The notes beneath the pieces were generated by a model that saw only the letters and a program-made list of their open reading frames with translations, was not told where the DNA came from and did no database searches. Shown here in pieces: positions 7,946 through 17,311 of a DNA stretch of 64,000 nucleotides (within the stretch, counting starts at the first letter, position 1; each line of letters opens with the position of its first letter). The stretch comes from an uncultured Clostridia bacterium (lineage in GTDB: Bacteria; Bacillota; Clostridia; UBA1381), in NCBI GenBank assembly GCA_934444735.1, contig CAKSDE010000003.1, positions 105,910-169,909 of the forward strand. The letters are read 5' to 3'. A program made the translations under genes and the position numbers.

Positions 7946-10441
7946 TTATTTTTTCTCACCTATAACTTTATATCCCTCTGCCTCAACGACAGCTTTTAAC
8001 TTATCATAATCCGCAGGCTTTTTTAATGTCACGGCAGCCGTGCCGTCTTTGTGGCTCACCTCTGCCGACTCCACCTCGGGAAGTGATAACAGCGCGTTTT
8101 TCACCCTCATCTCGCAATGCCCGCACATCATGCCTTTTATTTTGAGCACCGTTACATTCTCCGCGCTCTTCACCTCGGCTTTTCGCCTTTTATCACGGCG
8201 TGTATCATAGATTTTGCACCAATTCAGCCTAAGCGCATTCGTTACAACGCAAAAGCTCGAAAGGCTCATTGCCGCCGCACCGAACATCGGGTTCAATGTA
8301 AGTCCGAGTCCCACAAAACACCCTGCCGCAAGCGGAATACCTATAACGTTATAAATAAATGCCCAAAACAGGTTCTCGTGAATATTCCTTAGTGTTGCAC
8401 GGCTCAGCCGAATTGCCGCCGGGACATCGGAAAGTCTGCTCTTCATAAGCACAATATCCGCCGCGTCAATCGCAACATCGGCTCCCGCACCGATCGCGAT
8501 TCCCACATCGGCACTCGTTAATGCCGGTGCATCGTTTATACCGTCGCCGACCATCGCAGTCTTACCGCTGCTTTTAAGCTTTCGTATAACTCCCTCTTTT
8601 CCGTCCGGCATTACTCCGGCAATCACTTCGTCCACGCCCGCAAGCTTTCCGACCGCATTTGCCGTACGCTCATTATCGCCTGTAAGCATTATAACCTTAA
8701 TCCCCATATTTTGCAGCTCGCGCACCGCTTTCGGGCTGTCCTCTTTTATCGTGTCCGCAACGGCGATTATTCCGGCAAGCCGTCCGTCCTGCATAAACAG
8801 AAGCGGCGTTTTACCCTCGCCCGAAAGCTCCTCCGCTCTCTTTTTCAGGTTATCGGGAATTTCAGTCTTTTCGCCGATAAATTTCATACTGCCGCCGATA
8901 AGCTCTTTTCCCGATAATTTAGCCGAAAGTCCATTCCCGGGAAGTGCCGAAAAATCCGATACCTCGCTCGGTTTCTTATCCGTTTCTTCGCCCTTTTCCA
9001 TAATCGCCCGAGCCAGCGGATGCTCGCTTTTCGCCTCAAGCGATACCGCCAGTGATAAAAGTGCGTCCTCATCAAAGCCCTCCGCACCGATTATGTCTGT
9101 CACCTTCGGCTTACCTTCGGTTATCGTGCCTGTTTTATCAAGCGCGACCGCTTTTATCTTGCCTGCATTTTCAAGCGTTTCTGCGGTTTTAAAAAGTATA
9201 CCGCTTTTTGCGCCCACGCCGTTTCCGACCATAATCGCAACAGGCGTTGCCAGTCCGAGTGCGCACGGACAGCTTATAACCAGAACCGATATTGCACGCG
9301 CTAAGGCATAGCTCACTTCGCGCCCCAATAAAAGCCACACCGCAAGCGTTACAAGCGATATCGAGATAACAACGGGGACGAAAACACCCGAAACCTTATC
9401 GGCAATTTTGGCAATCGGCGCTTTTGTTGCCGCCGCATCGCTCACCATTTTTATAATCTGCGAAAGTGTGGTGTCGGTTCCCACTCTTTGAGCCTCGCAC
9501 TTTATAAATCCCGACTGATTTATCGTAGCAGCCGACACACTGTCGCCCGGGGCTTTATCCACCGGTATACTCTCACCGGTCAGCGCCGCCTCATTTACTG
9601 CGCTGTTACCGTCTAAAATCACACCGTCAACAGGGATATTCTCTCCGGGGCGCACCACAAATATATCGCCCTTTTTCACCTGTTCGACCGATACGCGTAC
9701 CTCTTTTCCGCCGCGCAGAAGTGTTGCATTTTGCGGCGCAAGCTCAATCAGGCTTTTTAACGCATCTGTCGTTCGTCCTTTCGATTTTGCCTCAAGAGTT
9801 TTTCCGAGTGTTATCAACGTCAGAATCATTGCCGCGGACTCAAAATAGAACTCGTCCATATACTTCATGACACCTGCCATATCGCCAATTGTCTGCGCCT
9901 TTGTCATCGCAAAAAGCGCATACACGCTCCATACAAACGATGCAGACGCACCGAGCGCCACAAGTGTATCCATATTTGGTGATTTTTTTATCAAGCTCTT
10001 AAATCCGCTAATAAAAAACTTCTGATTTATTACCATGATAATCACCGTCAAAAGCAGCTGGCAAAGTCCCATTGCGACATGATTTCCGTCAAACCACGGC
10101 GGCAGCGGCCATGAGAACATCATATGCCCCATTGAAAAATACATAAGTATCAGCAGAAATATAAGCGAGGCTATGAGTCTTTTTTTCAGTTTCGGTGTTT
10201 CGGTATCCGAAAGTGCGTCCTCTTTATCCTTTTTTTCCTCGCTCCCCTTTACCGCCGCACCGTATCCCGCCTCTTTTACGGCTTTTATAATACTCTCGGG
10301 AGCAGCCGTTCCCTCAACTCCCATGGAATTTGTCAGTAAGCTCACCGCACAGGAGGTTACACCCGGTACTTTTAAAACCGCTTTTTCCACCCTTGCCGAG
10401 CAAGCGGCGCAGCTCATTCCCGTAACAGTATATTGTTCCAT
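7946..10441 (-). CDS. copA: Copper-translocating P1B-type ATPase CopA
   Basis: N-terminal and C-terminal HMA domains (GMSCAACSARV; GMMCGHCEMRV). CPC motif in TM6 (SCPCALGLATP), DKTGT phosphorylation site, GDGINDAPAL hinge. Start placed at the second ATG (MEQYTV) because GGAGG sits 6 nt upstream. Confidence 0.9.
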   Translation of the reverse strand: MEQYTVTGMSCAACSARVEKAVLKVPGVTSCAVSLLTNSMGVEGTAAPESIIKAVKEAGYGAAVKGSEEKKDKEDALSDTETPKLKKRLIASLIFLLILMYFSMGHMMFSWPLPPWFDGNHVAMGLCQLLLTVIIMVINQKFFISGFKSLIKKSPNMDTLVALGASASFVWSVYALFAMTKAQTIGDMAGVMKYMDEFYFESAAMILTLITLGKTLEAKSKGRTTDALKSLIELAPQNATLLRGGKEVRVSVEQVKKGDIFVVRPGENIPVDGVILDGNSAVNEAALTGESIPVDKAPGDSVSAATINQSGFIKCEAQRVGTDTTLSQIIKMVSDAAATKAPIAKIADKVSGVFVPVVISISLVTLAVWLLLGREVSYALARAISVLVISCPCALGLATPVAIMVGNGVGAKSGILFKTAETLENAGKIKAVALDKTGTITEGKPKVTDIIGAEGFDEDALLSLAVSLEAKSEHPLARAIMEKGEETDKKPSEVSDFSALPGNGLSAKLSGKELIGGSMKFIGEKTEIPDNLKKRAEELSGEGKTPLLFMQDGRLAGIIAVADTIKEDSPKAVRELQNMGIKVIMLTGDNERTANAVGKLAGVDEVIAGVMPDGKEGVIRKLKSSGKTAMVGDGINDAPALTSADVGIAIGAGADVAIDAADIVLMKSRLSDVPAAIRLSRATLRNIHENLFWAFIYNVIGIPLAAGCFVGLGLTLNPMFGAAAMSLSSFCVVTNALRLNWCKIYDTRRDKRRKAEVKSAENVTVLKIKGMMCGHCEMRVKNALLSLPEVESAEVSHKDGTAAVTLKKPADYDKLKAVVEAEGYKVIGEKK

Positions 10442-10500
10442 AAAAACCTCCATTCCGAGACTTTAGGAAAAATAGCGCCGTATTTTTTCTAAGTTCCCTC

Positions 10501-10803
10501 TCACTTCATCAATTTTTGAATTGTAGACATAAGCTCGTCAATTACCTCGTCCTTTCCCTCGCGTATATCCCGTGCAACGCAGGTATGAATGTGACTTGCC
10601 AAAACCTCTTTATTAAATGCATTTATTGCGGCAGACACCGCTGCCGACTGTATTAAAACATCATTGCAGTATGCATCTTTTTCTATCATTGCCTGTATTC
10701 CGCGCACCTGTCCTTCTATCCTTTTCAATCGGTTCATAAGCGCCTTTTTTTGTTCATCGGTACGCATGGTATGTTTTTCGCCGCAGCAACAGCATTTTTC
10801 CAT
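10501..10803 (-). CDS. csoR: CsoR/RcnR family copper-sensing transcriptional repressor
   Basis: 100 aa. Conserved RLKRIEGQVRGIQAMIE...YCNDVLIQSAAVSAAI core. Sits directly upstream of copA-copZ. Confidence 0.85.
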   Translation of the reverse strand: MEKCCCCGEKHTMRTDEQKKALMNRLKRIEGQVRGIQAMIEKDAYCNDVLIQSAAVSAAINAFNKEVLASHIHTCVARDIREGKDEVIDELMSTIQKLMK

Positions 10804-10828
10804 TTTTTTTAAACACCTCTTTTCTCCA

Positions 10829-10870
10829 ATACCCCCTACCGGTATATATTATATACCCCCGCAGGGTATA
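10829..10870. promoter_or_regulatory. Two GC-core palindromes, candidate CsoR operators. ATACCCCCTACCGGTAT at 10829-10845 and TATACCCCCGCAGGGTATA at 10852-10870.
   Basis: Inverted repeats with TACCC...GGGTA arms overlapping the promoter spacer and the +1 region. The architecture resembles described CsoR operators (TACCC-N-GGGTA type). Confidence 0.55.
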
Positions 10871-10876
10871 TGTCAA
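10848..10876 (-). promoter_or_regulatory. Sigma-A type promoter of the csoR-copA-copZ operon. -35 TTGACA at 10871-10876, -10 TATAAT at 10848-10853, on the minus strand.
   Basis: The reverse strand reads TTGACA-tataccctgcgggggta-TATAAT, both hexamers perfect with a 17 nt spacer, about 45 nt upstream of the csoR start. Confidence 0.65.
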
Positions 10877-10886
10877 GTATTTTTTA

Positions 10887-11723
10887 TTATTTTTCCTCTT
10901 TCATTCTCTTTTTATACTCCAAAGGGCTTAATCCCATCTCGCTTTTAAAAATTTTAGAAAAATAATTATAGTCGTCAAATCCCATAAATGCCGCCGCCTC
11001 GCTCACCCTCGAATTATTCTCACGCAAATACTTTGCCGCCTCTTCAATTCTTCTTTTTCTTATATATTTTGCAACACTCACTCCGTAATATTGCTTAAAT
11101 GTTTCATAAAGAACGGTTCTCCCGATTTTGAACTCTTCGCACAGAAATTCCACCGAAATATCCTCCGATAAGTTCTTATTAATATAGTCATACACCTGAT
11201 ATATTTTTGCCCCCTTATCGATACCTATCAGATTTTTTATCCACAGATAGCAGGTACACATCTCCATAATATTTGCGACCGATTTTATCTCTTTGCGGCT
11301 CATTATGCGCAAGCCCTCAAATGCTTTTTCCAAATCCCCCGACTCTCCCAGACTCTCACAAGCATTTTTCCAGATAACGCTCTTATTTTCACCTTTTTCC
11401 AGAATCTGCCCGAACATAATATATCCTATCGTTATGTCGTCCATTTTTATGGGTGCAACCGCCTCAACCAACCCCATATGGCATTTATATATGTAGATTT
11501 TATCACTGTCACGGCAAAGAAAACACGCCTCTTTATCGTTTTGTTTGCATATCGCTTTTGTTTTCCCGCAAGATTTCACCATCTCGCAGAACATACAGCT
11601 TTTTTCGGGATACGACGCAATTTTTTCAAATTCATCATTGTAGATCACCGTCCGCACCTTTGCGATGTTATAGATATTTACAAGTATTTCATCCAACTTT
11701 TCTTTTTCAAAATTAAGTATCAT
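10887..11723 (-). CDS. AraC family transcriptional regulator
   Basis: C-terminal AraC HTH (EAAAFMGFDDYNYFSKIFKSEMGLSPLEYKK). Start chosen at MILNFEK because GAGAGG sits 6 nt upstream. The ORF-track start at 11786 is an alternative. Confidence 0.75.
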   Translation of the reverse strand: MILNFEKEKLDEILVNIYNIAKVRTVIYNDEFEKIASYPEKSCMFCEMVKSCGKTKAICKQNDKEACFLCRDSDKIYIYKCHMGLVEAVAPIKMDDITIGYIMFGQILEKGENKSVIWKNACESLGESGDLEKAFEGLRIMSRKEIKSVANIMEMCTCYLWIKNLIGIDKGAKIYQVYDYINKNLSEDISVEFLCEEFKIGRTVLYETFKQYYGVSVAKYIRKRRIEEAAKYLRENNSRVSEAAAFMGFDDYNYFSKIFKSEMGLSPLEYKKRMKEEK

Positions 11724-11876
11724 ATTATTTCCTCTCGCGTACAAATTTACAGATTTTTGAACGTTTATATATTGATTATACACCACTTTCCTGTTATAAT
11801 CAAGATAAAGAAAAAATAAGCAATCGGAAAATGTCAGTTTTACTTTTTACACGGATAAAATCAAAGGAGGAATTAA

Positions 11877-14180
11877 ATGAGAAAATTATACATGATAGGA
11901 AATACACATTTCGATCCCGTCTGGCTGTGGAAATGGGACGAGGCTATGGCATCGATAAGAGCGACCTTTCGCTCGGCGCTCGACCGCATGAAAGAAGATG
12001 AAAATTTTACTTATTCATTCGCCACACCGCCTGTTTTTGAGTGGATAAAAAATACAGATCCCGAAATGTTCGACGAGATAAAAATGCGCATAAAAGAAGG
12101 CCGCTGGGATATTGCCGAGGGCTGGTGGGTTCAGCCCGACTGCTACAGTGCATCGGGAGAAAGCTATGTCCGTCAGGGATTATACGCTCAAAAGTACTTA
12201 TCAGAAAATTTCGGCAAAACTACCGATTGCGTCTTTAATATAGACAGCTTCGGTCACAGTCCGAATTTTCCGCAGATACTCAAAAAAAGCCGAATCTCAT
12301 GCTATTGCTTTGTCCGTCCCGAAAAGCATCATATCGCATTAGAACATCCGCTCTTTAACTGGGAGGGGACAGACGGCAGCAAGATTTTAGCATACCGTGC
12401 AGAGGAGGCATACTCAAAAAATCTTGCGGAATGTATCGAAAATCAGACTGAAAAGGAGCAGGATATCTTGATTGTCTACGGTGTAACCGACCACGGCGGT
12501 GCGCCGACAAAAAAGATGATTGCCGAGATAAATGCAATGGATAATGCGGAGTTTTCATCGGTATCACGCTTTTTTAAGGAACACTCAGATTGTACATACA
12601 CGGTAAAAGATGAGCTTTTAACCGGCGATTTCGGTCCGTACTCGAATTATCCGACAATCAAAAAATATAACAGACTTGCCGAATATGCGGCATTAAACGC
12701 CGAGAAAAGCTCGGTATTTGCCGAAAATTACAGTTCCGAAAAAATCGAATCCTGCTGGCACGACATTCTGTTTAATCAGTTCCACGATATTTTAGGCGGC
12801 GCGTGCATAAAAGAAGCATATTTCGATGCCGAAAATTCATTCGGGCGCGCAATACAGACAGCGAATGAAATTACACATTTTAATCTCCAAAAAATAACCG
12901 CCAAAATGAAAACCGTCGGCAAAAATCCCGATGATATATGGAATCTTGTCATATGGAATTTAAACGGTGCAGAGTTCGACGGCTATCTTGAGGCGGAGGT
13001 TCAGTGGGCGCATGAATTTGACTGGTACGATAAAGGGATTGCTCTTGCCGATGCCGACGGTAATATTTACCCCTGCCAGATCATCGATTCAAAATCGGTA
13101 ATTCCGCAGTTCAGGTCAAGATTTACTTTTAAATCAAAAATCCCCTCCTGTGGATACAAAATGTTCAAGGTCGTAAAAACAGGCGAGGACGAAACAATGC
13201 GCGAAACCGATCCCTATAGCTTTTCCACCGCAAGACTTTCGGTAAATTTTACAAAAGACGGAAGCTTATGTATTACAAAAAAGAACAGCGGCAAAATTCT
13301 CTATAATAATCCGTTAAAACCCGTTGCCTACTTCGATGACGGCGATACATGGGCATTTAACATATCCGGTTACGCCGAAAAAGGCGAGCCGTTTGTACTC
13401 TCCGATCTGCGTGTACTCGAATCGGGCAAAATCAGAACCGTTATAAAGGCAACATACAAATTCAAAAGCTCCATTCTCCATATGTACTACACCTTTTATG
13501 AGAATGAAGAATACTTTGATGTAAAATATGTTGTAAACTGGAATGAAAAACACTATGTGTTAAAGTTCGACACAAAAGTCACCTCTGAAAAGCACACCGC
13601 AGGCGCACCTTATTCAAAAGTTGTGCGCGGCGCTGCCACTGCCGATGTACCGATGTCATTGTGGGTATCAACCGACTCGGCATCATTTATTGCGGACGGT
13701 ATTTTCTCATATAATATGGTAAATAACACGCTTGGGCTTACGGTATTGAGAAGCCCTATATACGGCGATCTGCGGCTCGGAGAAATCGATTACGACCATG
13801 AATACGACATTATATCACAGGGTATAACCGAAGGAAATATCCGCGTAATGCCGCACGCACCCGAGCTTTCCGATGCCGACAATTTTGTAAATAAGCCGAT
13901 TATAATAGATGAATGTAATCATGACGGATACCTGCCCTTTGAAAATTCTTATCTTGCGGCAGAGGGAATATATTTGGGAACTTTAAAAAAATGCGAATTT
14001 GACGATTCCGTTATAATCAGAGTTTTTGAGAGCCGCGGCGAAAATAAAACCGCCGAAATCAGATTCGGCAAGACGAATTTTAATGTTACTCTAACGCCGT
14101 TTGAGATAAAAACATTTAAAATAAAAGACGGGGCGGCAACCGAAATATATATGACAGAGGACGGTGAATTCAAATGTTAA
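11877..14180 (+). CDS. GH38 alpha-mannosidase, intracellular
   Basis: 767 aa. N-terminal IGNTHFDPVWLW...WWVQPDC...SFGH pattern typical of family 38 alpha-mannosidases. AAAGGAGG RBS. No signal peptide. Confidence 0.75.
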   Translation: MRKLYMIGNTHFDPVWLWKWDEAMASIRATFRSALDRMKEDENFTYSFATPPVFEWIKNTDPEMFDEIKMRIKEGRWDIAEGWWVQPDCYSASGESYVRQGLYAQKYLSENFGKTTDCVFNIDSFGHSPNFPQILKKSRISCYCFVRPEKHHIALEHPLFNWEGTDGSKILAYRAEEAYSKNLAECIENQTEKEQDILIVYGVTDHGGAPTKKMIAEINAMDNAEFSSVSRFFKEHSDCTYTVKDELLTGDFGPYSNYPTIKKYNRLAEYAALNAEKSSVFAENYSSEKIESCWHDILFNQFHDILGGACIKEAYFDAENSFGRAIQTANEITHFNLQKITAKMKTVGKNPDDIWNLVIWNLNGAEFDGYLEAEVQWAHEFDWYDKGIALADADGNIYPCQIIDSKSVIPQFRSRFTFKSKIPSCGYKMFKVVKTGEDETMRETDPYSFSTARLSVNFTKDGSLCITKKNSGKILYNNPLKPVAYFDDGDTWAFNISGYAEKGEPFVLSDLRVLESGKIRTVIKATYKFKSSILHMYYTFYENEEYFDVKYVVNWNEKHYVLKFDTKVTSEKHTAGAPYSKVVRGAATADVPMSLWVSTDSASFIADGIFSYNMVNNTLGLTVLRSPIYGDLRLGEIDYDHEYDIISQGITEGNIRVMPHAPELSDADNFVNKPIIIDECNHDGYLPFENSYLAAEGIYLGTLKKCEFDDSVIIRVFESRGENKTAEIRFGKTNFNVTLTPFEIKTFKIKDGAATEIYMTEDGEFKC

Positions 14181-15646
14181 TAGGCGGTCTGGACGTAGGC
14201 ACAACCGGCTGTAAGCTGACTGTGTACGATACCGATGGGAATTTTATTGCAAACGAATACAAAGAATACCGTGTATCGCGCAAAAACGGCGAGCATGAAA
14301 TTGACGCAAATATCATTTTCCACTCGGTTTGCGAGGTTATTCGAATAATTTCAAAAAGCTACAGTCTTGAGGCAATCGGCATTACCACCTTTGGCGAAAC
14401 CTTTGCTGTACTTGACGAAATGGATAATGTACTTCTCCCCTCCATGCTCTATACCGATCCGCGCGGTCAAAAAGAAGTTGAAAATTTAAAAGACAAGCTT
14501 TCCGAAGAGCGCCTTATTAAAATTTCAGGTGCAAAACCGAATCAGATGTACAGTCTGCCGAAGATAATGTGGATTAAAAATAATCTGCCAAAGGTATATT
14601 CACAGATAAAACACATTCTTTTAATGGAAGATTTTTTAGTATATATGCTCACAGGCACGGCGGCGATCGACTATTCTCTTGCCGCAAGGACTATGGCTTT
14701 CGACATAAAAAATAAATGCTGGAGCAAGGAAATTTTCGATGCCGCAGATGTCGATATGTCTTTAATGGCAACACCGGTTCCTCCCGGAAATATCGCGGGA
14801 TATATGAAAAAAGAGCTCCTTGAAGATTTGGGAATAAAGCACAAAATAAAAATCGTAAACGGAGCGCATGACCAGGTTGCCGCAGCATTTGGCGCAGGAG
14901 TATTTAAAGCAGGTGATGCTGTTGACGGCACAGGTACCGTTGAGTGCGTAACTCCGATGTTTGATAAAATTCCGCAGGATAAACAGCTTTACGATGAGGG
15001 ATATTCGGTTGTGCCGTATATTTTCCCCGATACATATGTATGTTATGCGCTTTCTTTTACCGGCGGCGCGGTATTAAAATGGTATCGGGATAATTTTGCA
15101 AAATACGAAACCGAGCTTGCGGCAAAGGGCGGTGAAAATGTATATGCAAATCTGGATAATGCGATTCCCTCTTCCCCCACCGATATACTTATCCTGCCGC
15201 ATTTTGCCGGTGCCGCAACTCCTTATATGGACAGCTCATCAAAGGCGGTAATCGCAGGGCTTACGCTCGAACATACCGGATATGACATCTATAAAGCGCT
15301 CATGGAGGGGGTTACATATGAAATACTCACCAATATAGAGCATCTCGAAAAGTTCGGAATAAAATTAAATAAACTCTACGCAACAGGCGGCGGTGCATCA
15401 TCTTCCGCTTGGCTGCAAATCAAGGCAGATATTCTAAAGCGCGATATGCTCACTCTTGCCGCCAAAGAAGCCGGCGCCTGCGGCACATGTATGCTGGTTG
15501 CATCGGCAATCGGCGAATGTAAGGATCTGCACAACTTTGTGAAGGTCAAAAATACATATCATCCAAATGCCGAAAATGCAGAAAAATATGCGAAGAACTA
15601 TGAAAGATATAAAAAATTATATTCGGCAATAAGACCGATTATATAA
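14174..15646 (+). CDS. FGGY-family carbohydrate kinase (xylulokinase/fuculokinase-like). Substrate unknown.
   Basis: 490 aa. N-terminal LIGGLDVGTTGCKLTVYD (FGGY N-terminal ATPase motif) and C-terminal GGGASSSAWLQIKADIL. Start overlaps the GH38 stop (ATGTTAA), which implies translational coupling. Confidence 0.8.
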   Translation: MLIGGLDVGTTGCKLTVYDTDGNFIANEYKEYRVSRKNGEHEIDANIIFHSVCEVIRIISKSYSLEAIGITTFGETFAVLDEMDNVLLPSMLYTDPRGQKEVENLKDKLSEERLIKISGAKPNQMYSLPKIMWIKNNLPKVYSQIKHILLMEDFLVYMLTGTAAIDYSLAARTMAFDIKNKCWSKEIFDAADVDMSLMATPVPPGNIAGYMKKELLEDLGIKHKIKIVNGAHDQVAAAFGAGVFKAGDAVDGTGTVECVTPMFDKIPQDKQLYDEGYSVVPYIFPDTYVCYALSFTGGAVLKWYRDNFAKYETELAAKGGENVYANLDNAIPSSPTDILILPHFAGAATPYMDSSSKAVIAGLTLEHTGYDIYKALMEGVTYEILTNIEHLEKFGIKLNKLYATGGGASSSAWLQIKADILKRDMLTLAAKEAGACGTCMLVASAIGECKDLHNFVKVKNTYHPNAENAEKYAKNYERYKKLYSAIRPII

Positions 15647-15660
15647 AAGGAGAGAAAAAA

Positions 15661-16491
15661 ATGTTAGTAAACTTAAAAGACATCTTAAAAATTGCAGAGG
15701 CACGAAAATGTGCTGTCGGTTCATTCAACACACCGAACCTTGCCAGCCTTAAAGCAGTTATAAACGCTGCCGAAGAGCTTAATGAGCCGGTAATTTTAAT
15801 GCACGCCGAAGTACACGAGGAAATGGGGCTCTGCAAAATGGACGAAATCGCACCGATCATGCTTTTTATGGCAGACAGAGCAAAGGTTCCCGTTTGCGTT
15901 CATCTGGATCATGCAACAGACCTCGAATATTTAAAGCGCGGTTTGGATTTAGGCTTTACCTCGGTAATGTATGACGGCTCGGTATTGGATAACGAGCTGA
16001 ACTTCGCCAACACCTCGGTTGCGGTATCCCTTGCGGCACGCTGCGGCGCATCGGTTGAGGCTGAAATAGGATCAATGGGCGCACGTGAATCAGGCGCAGG
16101 CGATGCAGATGAAAGCATCTACACCGATCCCGAAACCGCAGTTAAATTCTCCGAGGAAACAGGGATAGACGCACTTGCCTGCGCCTTCGGTACAGCACAC
16201 GGTATATACTTAAAGCAGCCTAAGCTTGACTTTGAACGTCTCAAAAAGATACATTCGATGGTAAAAATTCCGCTTGTTATGCACGGCGGCTCTGGCGTCA
16301 GCCATGAGGACTACAAAAAGGTTATATCATTAGGCATACGAAAAATCAACTACTACACTTATATGGCAAAAGCAGGCGGTGCAGCGGTTGAAAAGCTGAC
16401 GGACAAAACATTTTTCCACGATATAGAGGTCGCGGCAATATCCGCAATGCAAAAAGATGTGAGCGAGGCTATAAAGGTTTTCCGAAATTAG
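15661..16491 (+). CDS. Class II ketose-bisphosphate aldolase (FbaA/GatY/KbaY family)
   Basis: 276 aa. Conserved VHLDHA, MYDGS and GSGV...MHGGSG regions characteristic of class II FBP/tagatose-bisphosphate aldolases. Confidence 0.8.
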   Translation: MLVNLKDILKIAEARKCAVGSFNTPNLASLKAVINAAEELNEPVILMHAEVHEEMGLCKMDEIAPIMLFMADRAKVPVCVHLDHATDLEYLKRGLDLGFTSVMYDGSVLDNELNFANTSVAVSLAARCGASVEAEIGSMGARESGAGDADESIYTDPETAVKFSEETGIDALACAFGTAHGIYLKQPKLDFERLKKIHSMVKIPLVMHGGSGVSHEDYKKVISLGIRKINYYTYMAKAGGAAVEKLTDKTFFHDIEVAAISAMQKDVSEAIKVFRN

Positions 16492-16550
16492 CTTGTGATA
16501 TAAAAATTTTGTTTTTACAATTACAAAAATATATAAAGGAGATTAAAACA

Positions 16551-17225
16551 ATGAAAAGATCAGAACTCAACAAAATCATGAAAGATGCGGTTGCTTTCAT
16601 CAACGAAATGAACTTCAAATTACCGCCGTTTGCATTTTGGAGTCCCGATGACTGGGCGACAAAGGGCAAGGATTACAATGAAATACGCGACAATATGCTC
16701 GGCTGGGATATAACCGATTTCGGCAGCGGCGATTATCTCAAAGAGGGACTTTTGATGTTCACCCTGAGAAACGGCAACTTCAACGACAAAAGCTACGTAA
16801 AACCGTATGCCGAAAAGCTGTTGATTGTTGAAGAAAATCAGATTACACCGTATCACTTCCATTGGAGCAAGATGGAGGATATAATAAACCGCGGCGGCGG
16901 AGATTTGGTTGTTCAGGTTTATAACTCTACAAAAGACGAAAAATTTGCCGATACCGATGTGGACATCTATAAAGACGGCTGCCACTATACCGTAAAAGCC
17001 GGTGATACCGTGCGAATCAAGCCCGGTGAAAGCATTTCTATTCAGAGCGGTATGTATCATCAATTTTGGGCAGAGGGCGGCAAGACGCTTTTGGGCGAAG
17101 TTTCAAAGGTAAATGACGATCGCGTTGATAACCGTTTCTACAAAGAGGTCGGTCGTTTCCCCGCAATTGAAGAAGACGAAAAGCCTCTCTACCTTTTAGG
17201 CAACGAATATCCCGAGGCAAAATAA
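16551..17225 (+). CDS. Cupin-fold sugar isomerase, D-lyxose/D-mannose ketol-isomerase-like
   Basis: About 225 aa. Its N-terminal pattern (KIMKDAVAFINEMNFKLPPFAFWSPDDW...) and metal-binding cupin core (HFHWSKMEDIINRGGG...H) match D-lyxose isomerase-like proteins as I recall them. Start moved to MKRSELNK at 16551 because AAAGGAG sits upstream. Confidence 0.55.
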   Translation: MKRSELNKIMKDAVAFINEMNFKLPPFAFWSPDDWATKGKDYNEIRDNMLGWDITDFGSGDYLKEGLLMFTLRNGNFNDKSYVKPYAEKLLIVEENQITPYHFHWSKMEDIINRGGGDLVVQVYNSTKDEKFADTDVDIYKDGCHYTVKAGDTVRIKPGESISIQSGMYHQFWAEGGKTLLGEVSKVNDDRVDNRFYKEVGRFPAIEEDEKPLYLLGNEYPEAK

Positions 17226-17239
17226 GAGGATAAAGCAAA

Positions 17240-17275
17240 GGCTGTTTAAAAAGTCAATTGACTTTTTAAACAGCC
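17240..17275. terminator. Bidirectional intrinsic terminator between convergent genes (cupin isomerase on +, icd on -)
   Basis: Perfect 36 bp palindrome GGCTGTTTAAAAAGTCAATTGACTTTTTAAACAGCC, followed by CTCTTTTT on + and preceded by TTTGCTTTA on -. Confidence 0.75.
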
Positions 17276-17311
17276 CTCTTTTTAGATTGCAGAAAAATCT
17301 CACTTTTTATC

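Noticed and set aside
10804-10886. The alternative csoR start at MRTDEQ, and the copA start at the first ATG (MEVFMEQ)
   Set aside because: For copA, GGAGG is embedded in codons 1-2 of the longer form and is correctly spaced for the second ATG. For csoR there is no RBS before the internal Met, so the upstream start was kept.
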